Below, one piece after another: positions 1-12,601 of a stretch of DNA of 64,000 nt. Below the pieces are notes generated by a model. The model was given only the letters and a program-made list of their open reading frames with translations. It searched no databases and had not been told where the DNA came from. The position numbers and the translations under genes are program-made. The DNA lies in the NCBI RefSeq assembly GCF_964194025.1, contig NC_134470.1:32488001-32552000 (forward strand), read 5' to 3'. Source of the stretch: Convolutriloba macropyga (lineage: Eukaryota). Every line of letters begins with the position of its first letter. Position 1 is the first letter of the stretch.

Positions 1-1100
1 AGTCTTGTTAACTACAGGCGTATTATGACATCATTTTTGTCACGGTTAGGTGTCAAAAGGGACTGGTGCCACAAAATCTTTTATTTTCAAAGAATTGGTT
101 TTGACTTTACCGGCTTTTCACGGGTTTTTCACAAAAAAAGTAAAATAAGATTTGATTTTTGTTATATTTGACGTTCCTTTTTTGGAGACGAAAGACATAC
201 TTTGGATAATTGCAGGTCTAACGGGCTTCCTTTGGATGAGCAAACGAACCTATTTAACTTTATCAGTTCGTATTTAATGCCTCTCGTGTTTTTGGAAATA
301 ATTTTTTTCCGAAAAAAACAGGTATTACTTAATTTTGCCTTTTTCTGTCTACTGGTTACCTGGTTTCCTTAATGAGAGGTCATATAATACACTATCGCTG
401 TTCAACAAAAGTGCAATCGAACCTATTTTGAGGGCCAAAGTATGGCTTTACGCCTCCGAAAGCGTTTTCTGGTAAGTTTTAATTGATATTTTTTTGTTTA
501 ATGTCTATTTGTTGTTCTTTTTGTAAACGCATAAAAAATTGAATACCGACAGTTCTTATTTCTTTTTGACAGAAGAATTGGGAATTGAAAAGCTTTTGGA
601 TATTTTTGTGGATTTCTAATTGTTTTCATTACTTAATTAAATTTTTTTTAAAATTAGCGAATTTTTCAACTCTACAGTTTTTTTCTTTATTTTCTAATTG
701 TTACCAAGCCTTATTACGGACTGGTCGCAGATCGTTTCTGTTGGAGTACAAGTTATTTTGTTTAGAATCAGTTTTTTTCTGACGCTAATTTGACTTTGTT
801 ATTAGGTTTTGTTTTGTAAATTTTTGATTTAATTAATTACCATTGTTGTTGTTGTTTGATTTTGCTGTTCGTCTTGACTCGCTTTCCTATTATTGGCATA
901 TCTCCTCAATCTAGGGTAACATCTTTACTCCACTGAGTTAATTGCTTTGGAGGCTATCTCTTCGTTCATACACCAATTTTTTCGAAAAATAATTGACTTT
1001 TTGTGTTTTTCTATCTGTTCCTCATTTGGTGAACAATTATGCCAAAAATGTGGATGAGCGGAGTATGAACCTTATGTGCGAACGCACATTACCGAGCCGC
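1..1100. repeat. Dispersed repeat; diverged inverted copy at ~49300-50385, fragments at 1233-1318 and ~57055-57120
   Basis: CCTCATTTGGTGAACAATTATGCCAAAAATGTGGATGAGCGG...GTGCGAACGCACA recurs at 1233-1318 and as a reverse complement near 49300-49385. Flanks also match (CTCCACTGAGTTA vs TAACTCAGTGGAG). Confidence 0.7.
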
Positions 1101-1746
1101 CTTGTTTCTTTACTTCTAATAGAACCTGTACTGGGATGTTTTAAACTTTGTGGGCAAAGTAAATTAACTGACAAAAAGGTTGGGCTGAGATTGAAAACCC
1201 GGGGTGCTTTCAACAGATGCTTTCATCTGCATCCTGTTCCTCATTTGGTGAGCAATTATGCCAAAAATGTGGATGAGCGGAGTCTGAACCTTATGTGCGA
1301 ACGCACATTATCGAGCGTCGTTGTATGTTTTAAGTTTTGGTGTTCAAAAAATTCAGCGACGAACAGTATATTCAGTAAAAAAAAGTGGTGAGATTCAAGA
1401 CGCTGATTTTTTGAAGTGTTTTGTTTGCTGTTTTGTAGGTAAAACGATCCAGAACCGAAGATAAGTGCTGAATTTGTTGAAGCTAATCGTCAAGAGTGGG
1501 AATTTTTTAAAAATGTTGTAGCAATCGCAATTGAAATGCCAGTAGTGCGGCAAATATATGGAAACTGTTAAAAAAAATTACGCGGGAATACAAACAAAAG
1601 CCTTTTTGTCCTCTTTATTGGTTGTCAGCAGTTTATTAAATTCATTGCGAAGTAATCATGTAGGATATGTCAGTTGAATTTCATGTCAACGTCTGCCAGC
1701 GCATTTATTAAATAATTTTAGCAAAAAAAACGAATTTGGAGACATC

Positions 1747-2761
1747 TGTAGAAATTGAGAAATCCTACTTTTCTCGCAAAATGTCGCAATAAAATGGATA
1801 CAACTTGAAAAACAAAAATCGGTCCGCAACAAATTGTTAGCATGAGCATTGGCTTGCATTTGAACAAAATTTGGTGAGCCGATTGTTTTGATTGTTGTCA
1901 CTCTTGGGAATCTCTTTTTTAGTTAACATGGGGAAAACTTTAAACTTCCAGTTAAGGCTAATTTTTTTGAGTTGAAAGGTTGACCGATTGATTAATTGGT
2001 AGCGTTATAAGTCTGATACTGCTTTTGTTTTAGTTTAAATTGCTTGAATGGAAGTCAGTGGCTTCAAGAGAAGACATTCAGGTCATTCAATTGTTCTTTT
2101 GAAGTCATAACATATTTACGTAAGAGAAGCATAAATAATGTAATCCATACTGCAAAGTGATTAAATTCTTTTGTTTTGATCACTCTTGTACGATGTTGCT
2201 TGATTAGTTAAACAAGAGTAGAAGAACAACATTACTAAAAGGCAAACACAACAGAGCTGTAACTTAGGAGTAGATGTATAAAGAAGTTGTGATAACAAAA
2301 ACCTTGTTGAGAGAGTTGAACTGAATTGATAAATTCGGAACACCTGATTGCGCGATTGGAAATCAGAACACCGAAAAACACCGGAGAACCGCAGTTAGAT
2401 CAAGTGGCTTGTATAATTGAGAGCTTGTAGAACTGAGAGATTATAAGCTCTTTTATTGTGAATTTGGTTACAAATTTGAAATTGTGAATCATCTTTTATA
2501 AAAAAAACTCTGGTTGGTTTTTGATTTCATTTTGTGATCTTTTATATTTCTTGTTCAGTCATTTGATGTTATTTGTTTACTTAAATCAAATCATTATTCC
2601 AAGTAAAGCGCCCTACCTACAGCCGACAAGAGCAAAGTGGGGACAAAAGTTCCCTCCAATAGAAGTCTGAGAGCCATTAAAACACACCTTTCAATTTGTT
2701 AGAGTATTGGGCGCTAGTCGGTCCCCAGCTAGTCAGCCTAAGCAAGAAACGGAATTCTATA
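1747..2761 (+). repeat. 5' LTR of element 1 (~1015 bp)
   Basis: Colinear with 7780-8274 but with extra blocks at ~1785-2180 and ~2475-2610; terminal CA appears mutated to TA. Confidence 0.85.
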
Positions 2762-3407
2762 GAGGCGCTCATGGGTGGGCGCTTGAGACCTCATGACAGT
2801 CTGGGGGAATTGACGGCTGTGGTAGTTTCAGATGAACAATAGTGACCTTTGCTATTGTAATTGACTAGTGAAGGAGAATTGACTTGTGCGACAACTAGTG
2901 AAGAAGAAAAAAGAAACCCGTGGACAGGGTCAAGTTCAAGCTTCACTGAGAGAGAGAGAGAGTGCAAGTGTGCGGAGCAATTGAGTGTGTTTCAGTTGAT
3001 TGGAGTTCGACTGTGGGTACTGTTAACAATTAGTTTTTATTGAGATTAGAGGAGAGTTAGTTTTGACTTAGTCAAGAGCGCATGTTGCGTGACGCTGAGT
3101 TTGGGCAGAGAATTGAGTAGAGTGTCGCCTTTCTTAGCGAAAGTTGTTACAGGGCCTTTTGCCGAGATCAAGAGATTTGTGAGGCAAGGTAGAGGGAAGT
3201 TAGAAATAGAGGTAGTCTAAAGGGGGAAAGCTAAGTGAGAGCAATTTATTCAAGACTGTTATTGTTAGTAGTTTTTGGTTCTTGAGGAAAGAAGGCCATT
3301 TCAGAGTATCAACAGTTAAAACAGGAAGTTTGTAAGCTGGTATTTGGCAAGTGACAGTTGTGAATGTAAGATTTGTGATTATAGAGTAGAGTAGAGTGGA
3401 ACATAGT

Positions 3408-3410
<3 letters not shown>

Positions 3411-3444
<34 letters not shown>
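3411..3444. repeat. (AG)n microsatellite
   Basis: Direct reading. Confidence 0.95.
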
Positions 3445-3447
<3 letters not shown>

Positions 3448-3785
3448 TTTCTACGCGGTTTTTTTTCTTTTCAAACTAGAGGAGCACGAGTTAGTGAGTT
3501 TGACACTGAGGCAGAGAACAAAGAGAAGTTTGCAAAGTAGGCCAGTGGTGGTCCAACAGCAGCAGGACTTTAGTGCAAAGTAAGTAACAGCAGCAAAGTA
3601 GAATAAGTCATTGTTAGAGGAACGGTTTCTACTGATAGGAGTGGAGGCACAGCGCTTAGCAGAAATGAAAGGCTAAGGGATTGTTTGAGACAGAGAGGAC
3701 GGTTAGACAGAGTAGAAAGAGTTAGAGCTGAGGAACGCCAAGAATAAGTAGAAGGGAAAAAGAGGTACATAGTTATTCAGTAAAC

Positions 3786-4019
3786 ATGGATTGGAGTGCG
3801 TTCCCGCTTGTAGATTATTTTCCGTCGGAAAGGTTTCCGAAGTTCGAGGACTGGAAGAGGTACTGCCTTGACGTTGTAAACGTGTTACAAATGAGTGATG
3901 GTCAGGCAATCGCGTCAATGCTTAGTCTACTGAGAGGATGTGCGTTGCAAGGGTTTTGGGATTTGCCTTTCAGATTCCGGTTGTCGGGAACTGGTGAAGT
4001 AGTGATGTTGTCGGGATAA
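3786..4019 (+). pseudogene. Gag capsid-like remnant
   Basis: FEDWKRY...MSDGQAIASMLSLLRGCALQGFWDLP resembles the LxxLLRGxAxxxFxxLP pattern of Ty3/Gypsy Gag; lies inside the LTR element. Confidence 0.55.
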
Positions 4020-5244
4020 AACCTTGACATCATTAAGAAGAGGCTATCTGTCACTAGGGAAGACAACTGAAGGTAGAAGTAGGGGAGGAAGTGAGAATGG
4101 TCGGGCAGAAGGCAGGATAAAATATTTCTTAAGTGAAAACTCAGTGGAAGATTTGGAGCACAGTGAAGTTGGTTCAAAAATAGTGGGAACAAGATGCAGT
4201 AACCAAAATGAAACAATGAGAATTTTCCAGAACGTGGTAGATTTGCTACAATGATGTGAGGAGCAAGCAGAACAATTAGGTCCGAGTATGCTGGGAGAAG
4301 TAAGCAGGGAGGAGCAAGTAGGTATTTAGCATCAGTAAGATCAAAGAAACAGACAGGGAAAAGTTGTGATCCCTAGTGAATGGCTCGAGACAAATATTGA
4401 TTCTACAGAATTCGAAAGTGAGTCATTTGGAAGGTTTGATGAAGAAGCGTGTCGAGGATAGCTAAATGTTTGTAATAGAGTTGGACAATGCAACAGGTTT
4501 GATGAAGGAAAAGAAAGAAGGGATAGAGAGTTACTGTCAAACGTTGAAGACGAAGAGGAGGAAGGGCTTTATCGTGATATAGAGAGCAAGGAAAAGAGAT
4601 GATTAAAAGAGGAGAGTAGGGAAAATTTCTTTTCGAGAAAGTAGCCACACCTGAAGGATTCGAGTACTATGTAGACCGTTCATCAGCGAACAATGAAGGA
4701 GATGACTGTTCCTTCATGAGTGATGGACTATGAGAGCAGTGAGGAAGAGGAAACTGAGCTTCCTCCGGAGTTCTTTGAATGTACTCAAATGACAAGCCTT
4801 AAGGATGTACCTCTCATGGCGCTTGCGTTTTCGTCTCTATTAGGAGGCGGTGAAATTGATATGAGAGAGATAGAATCCACATATAGAAATTTTGCAGAAT
4901 GTCTAGCCTAGGACAATCTCAGAGCTAATTTGGATGAAGAGATTGGCTTCGTAAGTGAAGAAATCCCATGTATAGTTGAGAAACGATGTTGTGTATCTAG
5001 TAGAGATAAAAAAGAATCTTTTCGACACGTAACTAAAGTCATAAGCACAAGCAATGATTCCGATTGTCCCGTAAGCGTTAGTTGTGGACCCTGGCGATGT
5101 ACAAACTCAAAAAATAGGATTGGACAAATTTGTAGACATGTTGAGTGGAGTGCCAACCCGGGTGACTTAAAAGTGAAACGGTCAAAGATGTGTTGAGTTA
5201 ATAATCCACAAGGGGATACAGCGTTTCAGTAGTTTCAGGCATAC

Positions 5245-5784
5245 TTGAAAACTAGTACACGGGCAGTTGTGGACTTTCAAAATGATAGGAGCGTAGTCCA
5301 GAGTCCCCAAAAATTGAATATACGAGATAGGTTTCAAGTTCTATTGAGGGGTTGTGAAGTAGACTTCTGCTGGGAAACAACGGGGGTTCTTGAAATTAGT
5401 GAACCAAGCAAGACTAGAGCTGACTATGTTCAAGTCCCTGATAACTGCCGATCAATGGTTGCAGTGGTACATCAAGGGAGCAGTTTAGGTGAATGCAGAT
5501 TACAAGTGCTGTCCTTAGCTAGTGCCGCTGAGTTCGAATGGGAAAACACATCAGAGATTCCTATCGAGGGTTTATGTGTAGCGGTTTCCAGCAGAGAGCG
5601 GGATCAACTCTCCATTTCTATAGAAGTAGTGGAAGTAATTGAAGTTTGTTCAGTTAATGACACAGCGAAAACAGCTTTTCACAATAAGGTAGTGATAGAG
5701 GCATGCAAGCCTCATTTGAGGAACGCCAAGAACTACAGAGGAGTTATAATCGTACATTGGGTCTTGAGAACCAGTCGTGCTTAA
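5245..5784 (+). pseudogene. Possible degenerate retroviral protease C-terminus and post-protease region
   Basis: LNIRDRFQVLLRGCEVDF resembles a decayed ILGxDFL...VDF motif, followed by VQVP beta-rich sequence. No DTG/DSG found. Confidence 0.3.
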
Positions 5785-7779
5785 GTAGGTCCGAGCTCCG
5801 GGCCAGACTGGAAAAGAACTTGTCTAGAGTTAAAGACCAGTGGCCGGAAAATGAGGATGGAGGGGAGGAGCTCCATTCCTTGGTGGATTTACAGTATCTG
5901 TTGATTAATACGATTCGATTGGTACACAGCAGATTGGGAGGTAGTAATGAGAGGCTTCGGTTAAGGTTGAGGCTTGATGTCGGTCACAGGGTAGTTTTAG
6001 CAATAAAAAACCCCTTTGCTAAAAATGTCCTCAGGAAAAGAAAGATGTTTGAAGTTCAGTAAACGGCCAAGTGTGAGTTTTGGTGGAAGGTATACAAAGA
6101 GGTAATTGAGGAAGTTTGCCAATTTGAATGAGCAAGCAGAAAGAAGGTTGAAATGAGCAAAGGCCGGGAATTCTCCGGTACTGACGACTCGAATGACGAT
6201 ACAGATGTCAAGGAGGCACAACCAGACTTGACAACTGGTGCGTTAAGTGTGATCGCAACCGATGAGTTGGACTTTCGGTCTACTCTTGACAGTGAAGCTG
6301 GAAGTTCCTTGGAACAATAAGAAAATATTAATGGCATGACTTCAGGTAGAATGGAGGTCAGATATGCTGACCCCCAATTGAACACAGGATTCGAAGGGAC
6401 AGAGGAATTGCAGAAAATTAATGAGGGAGATATAAGGCACAGCAAAGTTTGGACGGATGAAAGAGACTCCGACGACCATTGGTTTCGAATGGGAGCGGTG
6501 TTTTACTGTGTTAATCAGGGTCAAGGTCCTCGAAAGGAATTTTATTCTTTTTCTTGGGGATCTTTAAACGAATTTGGAAGCAGAAGCGAGGAAGTCCATG
6601 GAATACCAATTGTATGGTCTCCACCCGTAGATAGCAAAAGTGATGTAGTCTAAAACAGAATGTTGGAGTCTCAGTCAGTATTCGTATTGCATTATACGTG
6701 GATGAGATCGATGGCTGACTTCCACAGCAGAAGGGAGGAATTTTGTCTGAGAGGATACTGTTTAAACGGTTGTCGAGACCCAATGTCACGATGGACAACG
6801 TGGCTTCAGAAAATTCGGAAGGAGCGATAGGGAAGGCTGAAGCTAATGAGGAGATGGTGCTGGAGGAGTAGACCTCCAGATGTGAGATGGTGGTCCACTC
6901 AGGAGATGGGTGGACATCCCTTCAAGCATGGAAGGAAAAAATATTTGAGGAAGCATAGTCGTTTTCATAATCTTCATCATGATAGCCTCATCATATCATA
7001 GTATGTAATCTTGCGTTTGAAATTAGTTTCTTTTTGTCTAACGATTGGTCGTTAACGTGCTGGAGTTGAATAATCGCTTGATATTGTTATACAAATTGTA
7101 ATTGGTAGAGGGTGTATGAGGTGTCAATGATCAAACACAGAAACTTGGTTTGTGAGTATTAGAATATTAGTTACAGAAAGCTAGTTGCATTTAACAAACC
7201 TTGAAGAAGTATTAGAAGGTGAATTGACCAATTTAATTGAATTTCGGGTTACCAGAATTGTTTGAAGGAGAATTTTTGGTGAGATGGCCGGGATAAATAG
7301 AGACAAAAATCGATGGTTCAACTAACCAGTTATTTTGTAGATAAAGCGTAACAGAATGTGTTGAATTTCCACTACATTAGTTGTTTTAATGTTAAATCTA
7401 TAAACTGAAAGGAGTTTTAAATTTGCGTAATCTTTCGAGTAGTTTTATCCATATTTGTTCATTTGAATACAAATGCCGTAAATTTGATAAAAGTTATAGA
7501 GTAATACTTTGATGTACTATTAAAACTCAAATGTAGTTAGCGATGTTTCACAAATTGGTCTACTAAGCCTAGCTGAAGTGAATAAGTCTGTTGTGATGTG
7601 TTGTGGAACTAATAGGGAAAATGTAAGGCATGCATGTTGCATAACCTACTGATAAGGGAGAATAGATGTATCAACAAGACAAGAAAATCATTTTATTTTA
7701 AGATGAAGGTTGGTTGAGATTTAGGATAAATGCCAGTTTTAGCAATTATTCGGGAGAATAATAGTCTATAAGGCAGGAT

Positions 7780-8274
7780 TGTAGAACTTGGGAAATCCCA
7801 ATTTTCTCGCGAAATGATGACTCTTGTACGTTGTTGCTCGATTAGCTAATAAGGAGAAGAAGAACAACATCACTAACACAGTACCATAACTGAGCTGTAA
7901 CTTAGGAGTAGACCTATAGAGAATTGGTGATAACAGATACATTGTTGAGAGAGTTGAAGTGAAATGATAAATTCAGAACACCTGTTTGCGCGTTTGGAAA
8001 TCAGAACACCGAATAACACCGGAGAACCGCAGTTAGATCAAGCGGCTTGTAGAATTGAGAGCTTGTAGGACTGAGAGAATATAAGCTCTTTAGTTGTGAA
8101 TTTGGTTTCAACCAAATTTGGTTCCTACAGCCGACAAGAGCAACGTGGGGACAAAAGATCAATCCAATAGAAGTCTGAGAGCCATCAAAACACCCCTTTT
8201 CAATTTGTTAGAGTTTTGGCGCTAGTCGGTCCCCAGCTAGTCAGCCTAAGCAAAGTACAAAACAAAATTCTACA
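7780..8274 (+). repeat. 3' LTR of element 1 (495 bp)
   Basis: TG...CA ends, homologous to 1747-2761, followed by the TSD. Confidence 0.9.
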
Positions 8275-9332
8275 ACATCAATGTGAGCATCATCCTCATT
8301 TCATCATGCCAGGATCAAAATTAGCGCTGACAGATTTTCTATCTGCACTTTCTTAAAATTCTTTTTATTGTATGAGAAATGAAAGCATTTTCGTAAGTAC
8401 AATCGTAAAGTGCCTTTTTCCAACATCCTGATCGGAATATCTGTAAGATTTTTCAGACAATTGTTTTTCTACATGGTGATTTGACAAGTGAGTGAGCACA
8501 ATTTCAATTCACTTCGAAACTTATGTGTTTTTTATTTGAGGTTTTGATTCATACAAAAAATATGGTATTTATCTCAGAAGTTCAACAACAATATCAACGA
8601 TCTTGTTAAAGAAACTTAATAGTGCTTATATGTGATAATTTTTTTTTTTCACATTGAAATCAACAATCAGTACAAACTTCTCATTCGTATGCAGTTTTAT
8701 ATGATTGGTGTGATGAAGTTCAGAATGCTAGTACCCCTGATGTTGACGATTGAGCTTCATATATTACAAACAATTGCGCGGATTTTAATTGATTTCTTGA
8801 TCTTTATAAAATTTCATTTATATGTATGGTCGTAAAACTTTTTTGTTGAATTGAATACATAGATTTAAAATAAAATATAGATTGGAGTTTTTGAAGCATA
8901 AAATCAAACAATTTTTTAGTAAAAATTTTTTTGCAACTTACTAATTTTAAAAACAAGGAAGGATGAATGAGAGCATGAAAATCTCAGTATTGTTGCAGAC
9001 ATATATTGAAACAAATTTGCATCGTAGGTTGGTATTTAAGCTCTCACTAACAGCATAAAACGATGATAGTATTATATGTTATGAGTCCGTGATAGTATAA
9101 TTCTAAGTGATATATAATGTATGTCTTGTAACAGTTTTTGTTAACCGAAATTTGCCATCGAAAATTCAATTTAATTGAATTCAAATCAATGTTTGATACC
9201 GTGGGCAATCTCAGTACGACTACTAGGAGGTGTCAGCCAGGTTCCTAGCCGTTGAATATTGTCTAGTCTGTTCGTAGCTCCTAACACAATTCATGCAACT
9301 CATAAATTGCACTGGAACATGTTGTTTTATAG

Positions 9333-9566
9333 GTGTCAACCCGGCAACGGGATATCACTACCAGATAGAGGAGCAAGATCGCATGAATGGTCTCAAATCT
9401 GCGTCGGAGATTGTCTACGTGTGCACTGACCCCCCGAATCCGGACAGTGTCTACTACACTTTCGAATCAGACTCCATGGAAGCTACAATTATTTGGAATG
9501 TTCCCGTTGGGTCATACGGCAAAACCATTTCTGCACAGGTCACTACCGACTCCATCACCAAGCAAC
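9333..9566 (+). CDS. Host FN3 receptor gene, exon a (FN3 segment)
   Basis: Acceptor ttttatag. GVNPATGYHYQIEE...TDPPNP...ATIIWNVP fits an FN3 end/start. Phase-1 donor gttagc (boundary less certain) is compatible with the next exon. Confidence 0.65.
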
Positions 9567-11346
9567 GTTAGCAAACTTTCCATCAAAAGTCAAGGGTTAA
9601 TCACCATAAAAGAAATCAACTATATGGATTTTCCGGAAAATGACTAACCATATTATGACTGGCAACCCGGAAACGGTGTCACCAAAATTCAGTTTGGCTG
9701 ATACTAGCTCAAAAAAGTTAAAAAAGAGTTTAAAAAATATTGAAGAAAGATCAGGAAATTCTTCAGTTCATTTTAGAACTTTAATTTATTAAAACTGACC
9801 ACAAACAATTTATTGTTCCTTTGAGAACAAAAAAGTTTCAAATCACGATTTTCATACTATTTCATAAAAACTCAATTCATCACCCCAAGAAAATGAAAGT
9901 GGCAGCTCTGCTTTGTATTCCAAATTTATAGGAAAATTAATTTTGTACCGGTTCACCCATTGGAAAAAAATGAAAAACTTATTTTCTCACTAACTACCGC
10001 AATTTGTCTTACCTGTTCCCTTTGAGAAGAAACTGTATTTCGGGAGTGCTACTCAGCTTTTCATTGAGGACAGTACATCGTCAGTTTTTTGGTTAACAAA
10101 ATGTTTGTTTCGCCTAGTTTTGTGTTTGATTGTTTTTTGTCTCGTTTTTGTTTTGGGGAAACTGCTCAAACTTGGTTTTCTCAGCTATTCTATGTCAATT
10201 TTTTTCTGTAGTTTAATTAAGTAACCCCGCCACTGCTGGTCCCAACCCGCAATGAAAACGGATTAGGGTAAAAACCACACGGAGCCTAGTAGAAAGTCTG
10301 AAATAGTCAGTTTTCAAACTGATTTGGGAGAACTTTCGACAACCTATGTTATAAGTTTGTTCAGTTTCTACAGGTATTGTAATAATTTGTGTTTTTTATG
10401 GACCTGAGAGCGAAAACTACTGTAAAACCTAGCTTGACTCACGACCATAAATATGTCTTTAACCTAATTCAGACAAAAATCAGAGTCTGAATCAAAAGAA
10501 TTTAAGATTCTGAATCAGAAAAAATCGGAGTCTGATTCTGAGACCGATTCCGAGTGTGAATCAGAGCCTAAATGAGAGAATATTAGAGTAAAATGTGACT
10601 TGAAGAGACTCTTTACTGAATTACTCTGAAAGTTAGGTTCGGGTAATAAACGCGGGAAGATTTTATCCTCTAGGAATGGATTGAGGATTAAACCATTTTT
10701 ATGAAAAGACTAAAGCTTTTCAACACGACTAAAACGACTAACAAAAAAAGTACTCCTGCATTTACTCCTTGAATGACGGCAGGTTTCTTTGTATTTCATT
10801 CACTTTACAAATCTCTCCACCTGATCAAGGTTTTGTATTTTAAACCCCCTCCAGCTCTAAAGGTGGGGCTGAAAACCGTCTTCAAGCCAAACGTGTTCAG
10901 AATTTAGCACCTCAGCGAATTTGACAAAATTAAAAAAAAACAACCGAGAACAGGTTAAGCATCAATTTTAATTTCACAGTTAATCATAAGTTCACAACTC
11001 CGAGTCATTTTTAGTGAACATAATTATCGGAGTAGTGTTGATTCCTCATTGTTATTGTATTGGGTTGGCTATTCCTGAAATTTAATGAAACAAAATCCTC
11101 AAGTTTTCATTTTCACCGTGAGAAATTGATCAACAGCACTTTTAAGCGCTAATCACTAGCACTGATTTTGACGCGCACATTGAATCGGCTGTGTTCAAAT
11201 GAGACCATAGACATTTTTGGGCTACTCTACATTGGGCTACTCTTTTTCAGATTTGAATTTGACTAGGGAAACGTATACAGAAAGCGACTGAAAGGTAGAT
11301 TTTTCAGCTGCTGAAAGTGAATGGTCAAAAGTTATCTGTGTTTCAG

Positions 11347-11587
11347 CTCTGTATTCGACGTCTACGAATCCATTCACGTGGCCTGCTGTTTTGGATCCAG
11401 CTTATCGATATCAGTTCTATGTTCAACTTTTCATTGACTGTCAGAATTCAGTCAATGGGGGCCATCAGTACTCCTTGTGGGAATCGGTTGTTGTCAGGGC
11501 GGAAAAACCCCAGCTATCTGTTGTACAAAATGACGCAGAGAGTGCTATTGTTGACATTAATGACCACAGACAGTTTAATCAGATCAG
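11347..11587 (+). CDS. Host FN3 receptor gene, exon b
   Basis: Acceptor tttcag; LDPAYRYQFYVQL matches the FN3 LxPxxxYxFxV motif; phase-2 donor gttggc. Confidence 0.75.
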
Positions 11588-12601
11588 GTTGGCTTCTGTC
11601 TTTTAAAAATGTGGGGAAAATTTGTAGAATTCAGTGTCTTTACTCATTCCTAAAGTTATGAAAGATCAGTTAAATAAATCGTTCAACGAAGGATCTGAAA
11701 TCTTTCGTGATAAAATTGGACTGATTAGTGCCAATGGCACAATTGTTAACGGTCATTTGAAAATCGACACCAAAAATCCAATATTTTTGCATTGCAACAT
11801 TGTCCATTTGAGTAATTCTTGCAAAATGAGAACAGAAACCAGCAACATTGAATTGAGTACGTAAGAAACGTTGTCAGGTCATTTTCTACCAAACAAAATG
11901 TCTTTTGATTATATACGGAAATATAATTTGCATAGCAAAGAAGGGCGCGCAAAAGGAGGGCGCGTTTCAGTAAGGAAGGTGAGATATAGTATGATTTAGA
12001 ATGGATGGGGCTATCATTTTGGGAGTACTAAATCCTCCTAATTTAAGTTAATTCAATTTAGTTCAATTTCATTAAGTTTTAGTTCCATTTTTAGTCATTT
12101 CCTGTTTGAAGATCAAATCTTCATTATTTCATGCTTGTTCAATTTGTTTACATATTTTACTGAAATCATTGTCTGTTCATGTCGTCTAGTAATTCGGTTT
12201 CCGGCAATTTGTAAAGTTTAGTTATGATCAAATTGTTGATCACATTCAGTTAATTTTAATTTCATCATTCATCTCAATTCTGTATTCAAGTTTAGTTGCA
12301 TCTCCTTTAATCCGAAATTTGTACTGCGAATCGCTTAAGTATACAATTCTACTCAAAGTCTAATTTTGCTTAGCGAAATACTAGATTAAAAAGTAAAGCT
12401 AAATTCGCATCGCCAAATACACATAAATTTAGCACTCAGAAATCTGAATCTTCTGAATACAAAATTAATAGCGAATTCGCTCCACGAAATAGCCAATAAT
12501 AAAAAATCTCAAGCTGAATAACAAATCCGCGAAATAGCTGAATAACAAATCTCTAAATTTGGCACCTCTGAATTCATTCTGAATAATGTAACGAAGTCTG
12601 T

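Larger units (their letters stand above)
1747..8274 (+). mobile_element. Decayed LTR retrotransposon (probably Ty3/Gypsy-like, non-autonomous)
   Basis: Termini TGTAGAA...TTCTACA (7-bp inverted repeat). 5-bp TSD ACATC at 1742-1746 and 8275-8279. Two homologous LTRs; purine tract AAGGCAGGA before the 3' LTR. Confidence 0.9.

Noticed and set aside
10222-10958. piggyBac-like MITE (TAACCC...GGTTAA)
   Set aside because: No convincing TIR or intact TTAA duplication.
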